Source: the human T2T-CHM13v2.0 reference genome, Homo sapiens
Assembly (NCBI RefSeq): GCF_009914755.1
Contig: NC_060925.1
DNA: 64,000 nucleotides
Direction: 5' to 3' (one strand)
The notes under the pieces: generated by a model
Databases searched by the model: none
What the model was told of the DNA's origin: nothing
Seen by the model: only the letters and a program-made list of their open reading frames with translations
Translations under genes and position numbers: made by a program
Shown here: positions 60,356 to 64,000 of the stretch, piece after piece
Layout of the letters: every line of letters begins with the position of its first letter
How positions within the stretch are numbered: position 1 is the stretch's first letter

Positions 60356-60600
60356 CAGATCTGGACTCACTTTGCAGGGTGCTGGGACCTCTCTGAGAAT
60401 CAAGCAGTAGCTCCAGGAGCCAGGGCTTTGGGTCTCTTCTGTGCATCTTCAGGAGTTTTATTGACTTTTCTCACCACAACCCCCTTCTCAATTACCAACT
60501 TCCAATCCAAAAATGACATCCAACTGGATCCTGAACTTCCACCCAGTTAACGGTGATTGAGTTTTCAACTTTCTTCTTATTAAGTGATTAAATTAGATAT
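60356..60600 (-). promoter_or_regulatory. Orphan PRAMEF promoter/exon-1 module, antisense to PRAMEF5
   Basis: TGATTAAATTA (= TAATTTAATCA on minus) at 60585-60595, GTCAATAAAA on minus near 60460, GC donor ATCTG|GCAAGT at 60356/60355. Confidence 0.75.
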
Positions 60601-63178
60601 GGATTTATGAAAGTGAAAGAATTAATAATAGGGTGAAGGACTAAAACTCATTTATTCACTTATTCCATAAATATTGGTAAAGTTTTACCAATATGTGACC
60701 TTCATAGTGATACAGGGAAGGTTTTAATCTGTTTCAGACATTAGAAATACATATATTTATATATGGTATCTTTATTGGAGAACCTTTGGCCACATCAAAA
60801 GTATCAAAACTTTTCAGAGTTAAAACAGCTTTAAGAAGACAGTGATGTCATCCCTAAAAACACAATAAAAATCTCAGTGTATCCACTGGTCACCTGGGTT
60901 TTGCGCTACCTAACATGGTAGATCATATGCCCATTCAGGTGGAAGACAGGAACTACTGAGGGTGTAATTTATCTCAAGGTTAAGGTCAAGGCATCACTGA
61001 AAGAAATCAGGCCTAAATTACAAAGTGAGGTGGAGGTTGGGCTGGACAGTACTGACTGTTCTAATGGGACCCTAGGAGGGAACCAAGACAACATAAAACA
61101 TGGCAGGTATTTTGTGGGCATCTAGACAAAAGGATTGAAAGACTTCCTTCTACATTGAGTTTAAAAATTAAAAAAACCTAATTACAAAAGAGATAATGCA
61201 GACTCGTAAAACATCACAGTGTCTTTGAGGGCAGAGAGGGCAGACACAATCTTGACTCCTACTGGAAGGTGAAGCATCATTACTCACAAACAGGATGGGC
61301 TTCCCTCAGAATACCAGCTTGGGAAGAGTGAATCTGAGTGTGTGAGCTGGGGCAGAGCCCAGAGAGGAGCAGTGTGGTCAGACATAAGGAGGGAGACTTT
61401 TCAATCTGGAAGCATGAATGGTGCAAGCTGTGTATCTGAAGAATTTGGGAGAAAAATGAACCTCTTGGGGGAATCCTGCACCATCCTCAGGACCCCAGTG
61501 AGAATCCTGCAGTTTCGGGGGTCTTTCTACCATGTTCTGGTTGCCTGTGCTTCTGAAGGTGCTCCTCTGCTGTCCAGGTCAGAGTAGCTTTCAGAGCCCA
61601 TCTGAAGGGACGGCCTGACTTCAATTCCACTCACAGAATTTCTACTGGGATTCCAAAGCTTCTCCAGGCTTTTGATGGGGGTCTCTAAAATATTTCTGAA
61701 TTTCTGTTTTCCTCCCCCAGCCTGAGCTGTGAGAGAAGCTGAATCCTCTGCTTCCTGGAAATGTCAGCCGATCTCTCCTGCACCGAGGACTATGGCCACA
61801 AACAATGCTAAGAGACACTCTCCCTGGAATCAGCAGTGACTCATACATTCTCCCCAAATTCTACTGAGCTTTTTGGGTGCACATAGCAAGGCACAAAGCA
61901 GGGAGCTCCTCAGCTGCTCTTCCGGACCTAAAGAGGCACCCAGGACCAATGGAGGGGAAGTTTGTCTGCCTTCCACAGGAAGAGCTGACTCCTCTGGTTT
62001 TCCTAGAAGTGCCAGGCTGTTGGCAGAGCCTGGGACAGGTCCCAGTGCAGGGGGCCATCCCTTCTAGGATCCCCTTGCCCAGTCTTAGAGCTGACGAGGC
62101 TGCACCTGGAATGCAGTGAGTCTGTTTCTGAGTCAGGGCTTTCTTTGCCCATGGTGTTTGCCCTCTCCATGTTTCTAACAGTAGAAATCACTGTTCAGGC
62201 CCTGCTGGACTTCTTTAGTCCTCAACAGGATCTCATTCCAGGTCGCATTTGTGACCGTCTTTTCCAAGATCAGGGGCTGCCCCTCCTTTTTTCCCCAATA
62301 AAGATCTGAGGAGAAGCTCACTCTGAAAGCAGAGTAGATGCCTAAGAAGGTGCTTGTGGCAGCCTGGGGTGGGGGAGGTCTGGGAACTCGCTGCAGGCTG
62401 GATGGAGCCAGGAGGACTAAGGAAAAGAACAGGGCCCAGAAAGGGAGTGGCCCAGAGGAGCTGATGTGGGCCAGAGTAAGTACAGAGGAGAGAGATGGCA
62501 GCAGGGTAGGGGGCCGGGTTATTTGGCTTTCACAGAGCCGCGTCCCTGATAAGCTGTGGACTTGTGTCTGAGATCCTCAAAGGACCTGTGCCTGGATGTG
62601 GAGCTGTGAGTTTCTAAGGCCCTTTGATTTCACCCTGGTCTACATGAGGTTCCAGTGGCTGCCCCATCTCACCCCAGGGGCAAAGAGTCAGTCTAGCAGG
62701 GAGACATGGGGAGAGAGAGTCAATGGCAAACATCCACCCTGGATGCAAAGACAAGGGACATGTCAGAGGGAGGGAGACTTGGTGTGAGGCCAGGGGAAGG
62801 GAGGCACGTTGGATATGGTGCAGTTCTGTCTCTGCACTTGCCACAGCCTCATAGGACTGTGAGGATTGAACTTTGCAGGAGGGAATGAGGTAGAATGGGG
62901 TCTGGACTGGAGTCCCTGTCATCCAAGTGACCCCCATATCTACTCCTGCCAACCAGGTGAAGGTCTTGCTAGATGTAAGTCAAACCAGGACCTATCAGAC
63001 TGCCTGGCACTTTCTGATGGATCTAGAAGGAGCACAGTGATCCTCAGTCAAAAAAAATCTTGCATTGTCCAGGGCTGAGGATTTTCAGGTGGCCCTGGAG
63101 GGGGAGACTCTGGGGAAAAACCACAGAGAAGATTTTGGCACATTTGACACTATTAACATCCAGTGCCTCCCCTTCCTA

Positions 63179-63382
<204 letters not shown>

Positions 63383-63687
63383 CTACTATTCTGGGTGCTA
63401 CTTAGGATAAACAAGAAGCAAGGCAGCTGCAAAGTGAGCTCAACAGAATACACCTGGCTTGGCAGTGCAGTGCAGATCAGAAAAAAAATGCCTGTGCAGC
63501 ATAAAATGTGAAGAGACATCTTCTTTGCTTTTCTTTTCTTTCTTCTTCTTTTGAAAGACAGAGCCTTACTCTGTTTCTAAGGCTGGCGTGCAGTGGTGCA
63601 ATCTCGGCTCAGTGCAGCCTCGGCCTCTCAGGCTGAAATGATCCTCCCATGTCAGTCTGCCAGTTAGCTGGAAACACAGGTGTGTTG

Positions 63688-64000
63688 CATGGAATATCTT
63701 TTTCTACCCCTTCACTTTCAGACTACATGTGTCCTTATAGGTGAAGTGAGTTTCTGGAAAACAGCATATAGTATGGTCTTATTCTTTTACTCATTCAACG
63801 ACCCTAAGACTTTCACTTGCAGAACTGAGATATATTGTCTTCATTGTTGTTATTGATAAAGGCTTAGTACTCCCATTTAATTTCTTGTTTTCTGGTTGGT
63901 TAGAGACTTCTCTCTTCCATCCTTCCTTTCTTATTGTCTTTCTTTGTGTTTAAGTAATTTTCCCTTATGAAATCCTTGGGATGTGACTTTTCTGGCCAGA
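63688..64000 (-). mobile_element. Old L1M ORF2 (endonuclease region) fragment
   Basis: CATGGAATATCTTTTTCTACCCCTTCACTTTCAG...GTGTCCTTATAGGTGAAGTGAGTTTCT is the antisense L1 ORF2 5' signature. Confidence 0.75.

Noticed and set aside
61640-61705. Minus-strand FRNILET equals a PRAMEF exon-3 peptide
   Set aside because: Only 7 aa with no flanking PRAME similarity; likely coincidence

Overview
Primate (human-like) genomic DNA from the PRAMEF (PRAME family) segmental-duplication cluster, very Alu-rich. Four PRAMEF loci are visible. (1) The 3' half of a PRAMEF1/2-class pseudogene (+, 385-2500). (2) A minus-strand chimeric gene (27215-20181): PRAMEF18/19/22-class exons 1-3 are fused at about 22618 to the 3' end of a PRAMEF5/11-class gene, and the predicted 477-aa reading frame stays open. 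(3) A PRAMEF17-class pseudogene (+, 34870-41936). (4) An intact 476-aa PRAMEF5-type gene (+, 52502-56344) with a tandemly duplicated promoter/exon 1. Segment 13691-22619 is an inverted paralogue of 53909-61145. Other elements are a MER52-like LTR followed by a ~210-bp tandem array and (TA)27, a deleted ERV1 provirus with a tRNA-Arg PBS, a solo LTR7Y-like LTR, a twin-primed L1 3' end and several DUX4-type motifs. Most short ORFs in the track are Alu or antisense artefacts. Family and subfamily names come from recall and were not database-checked.
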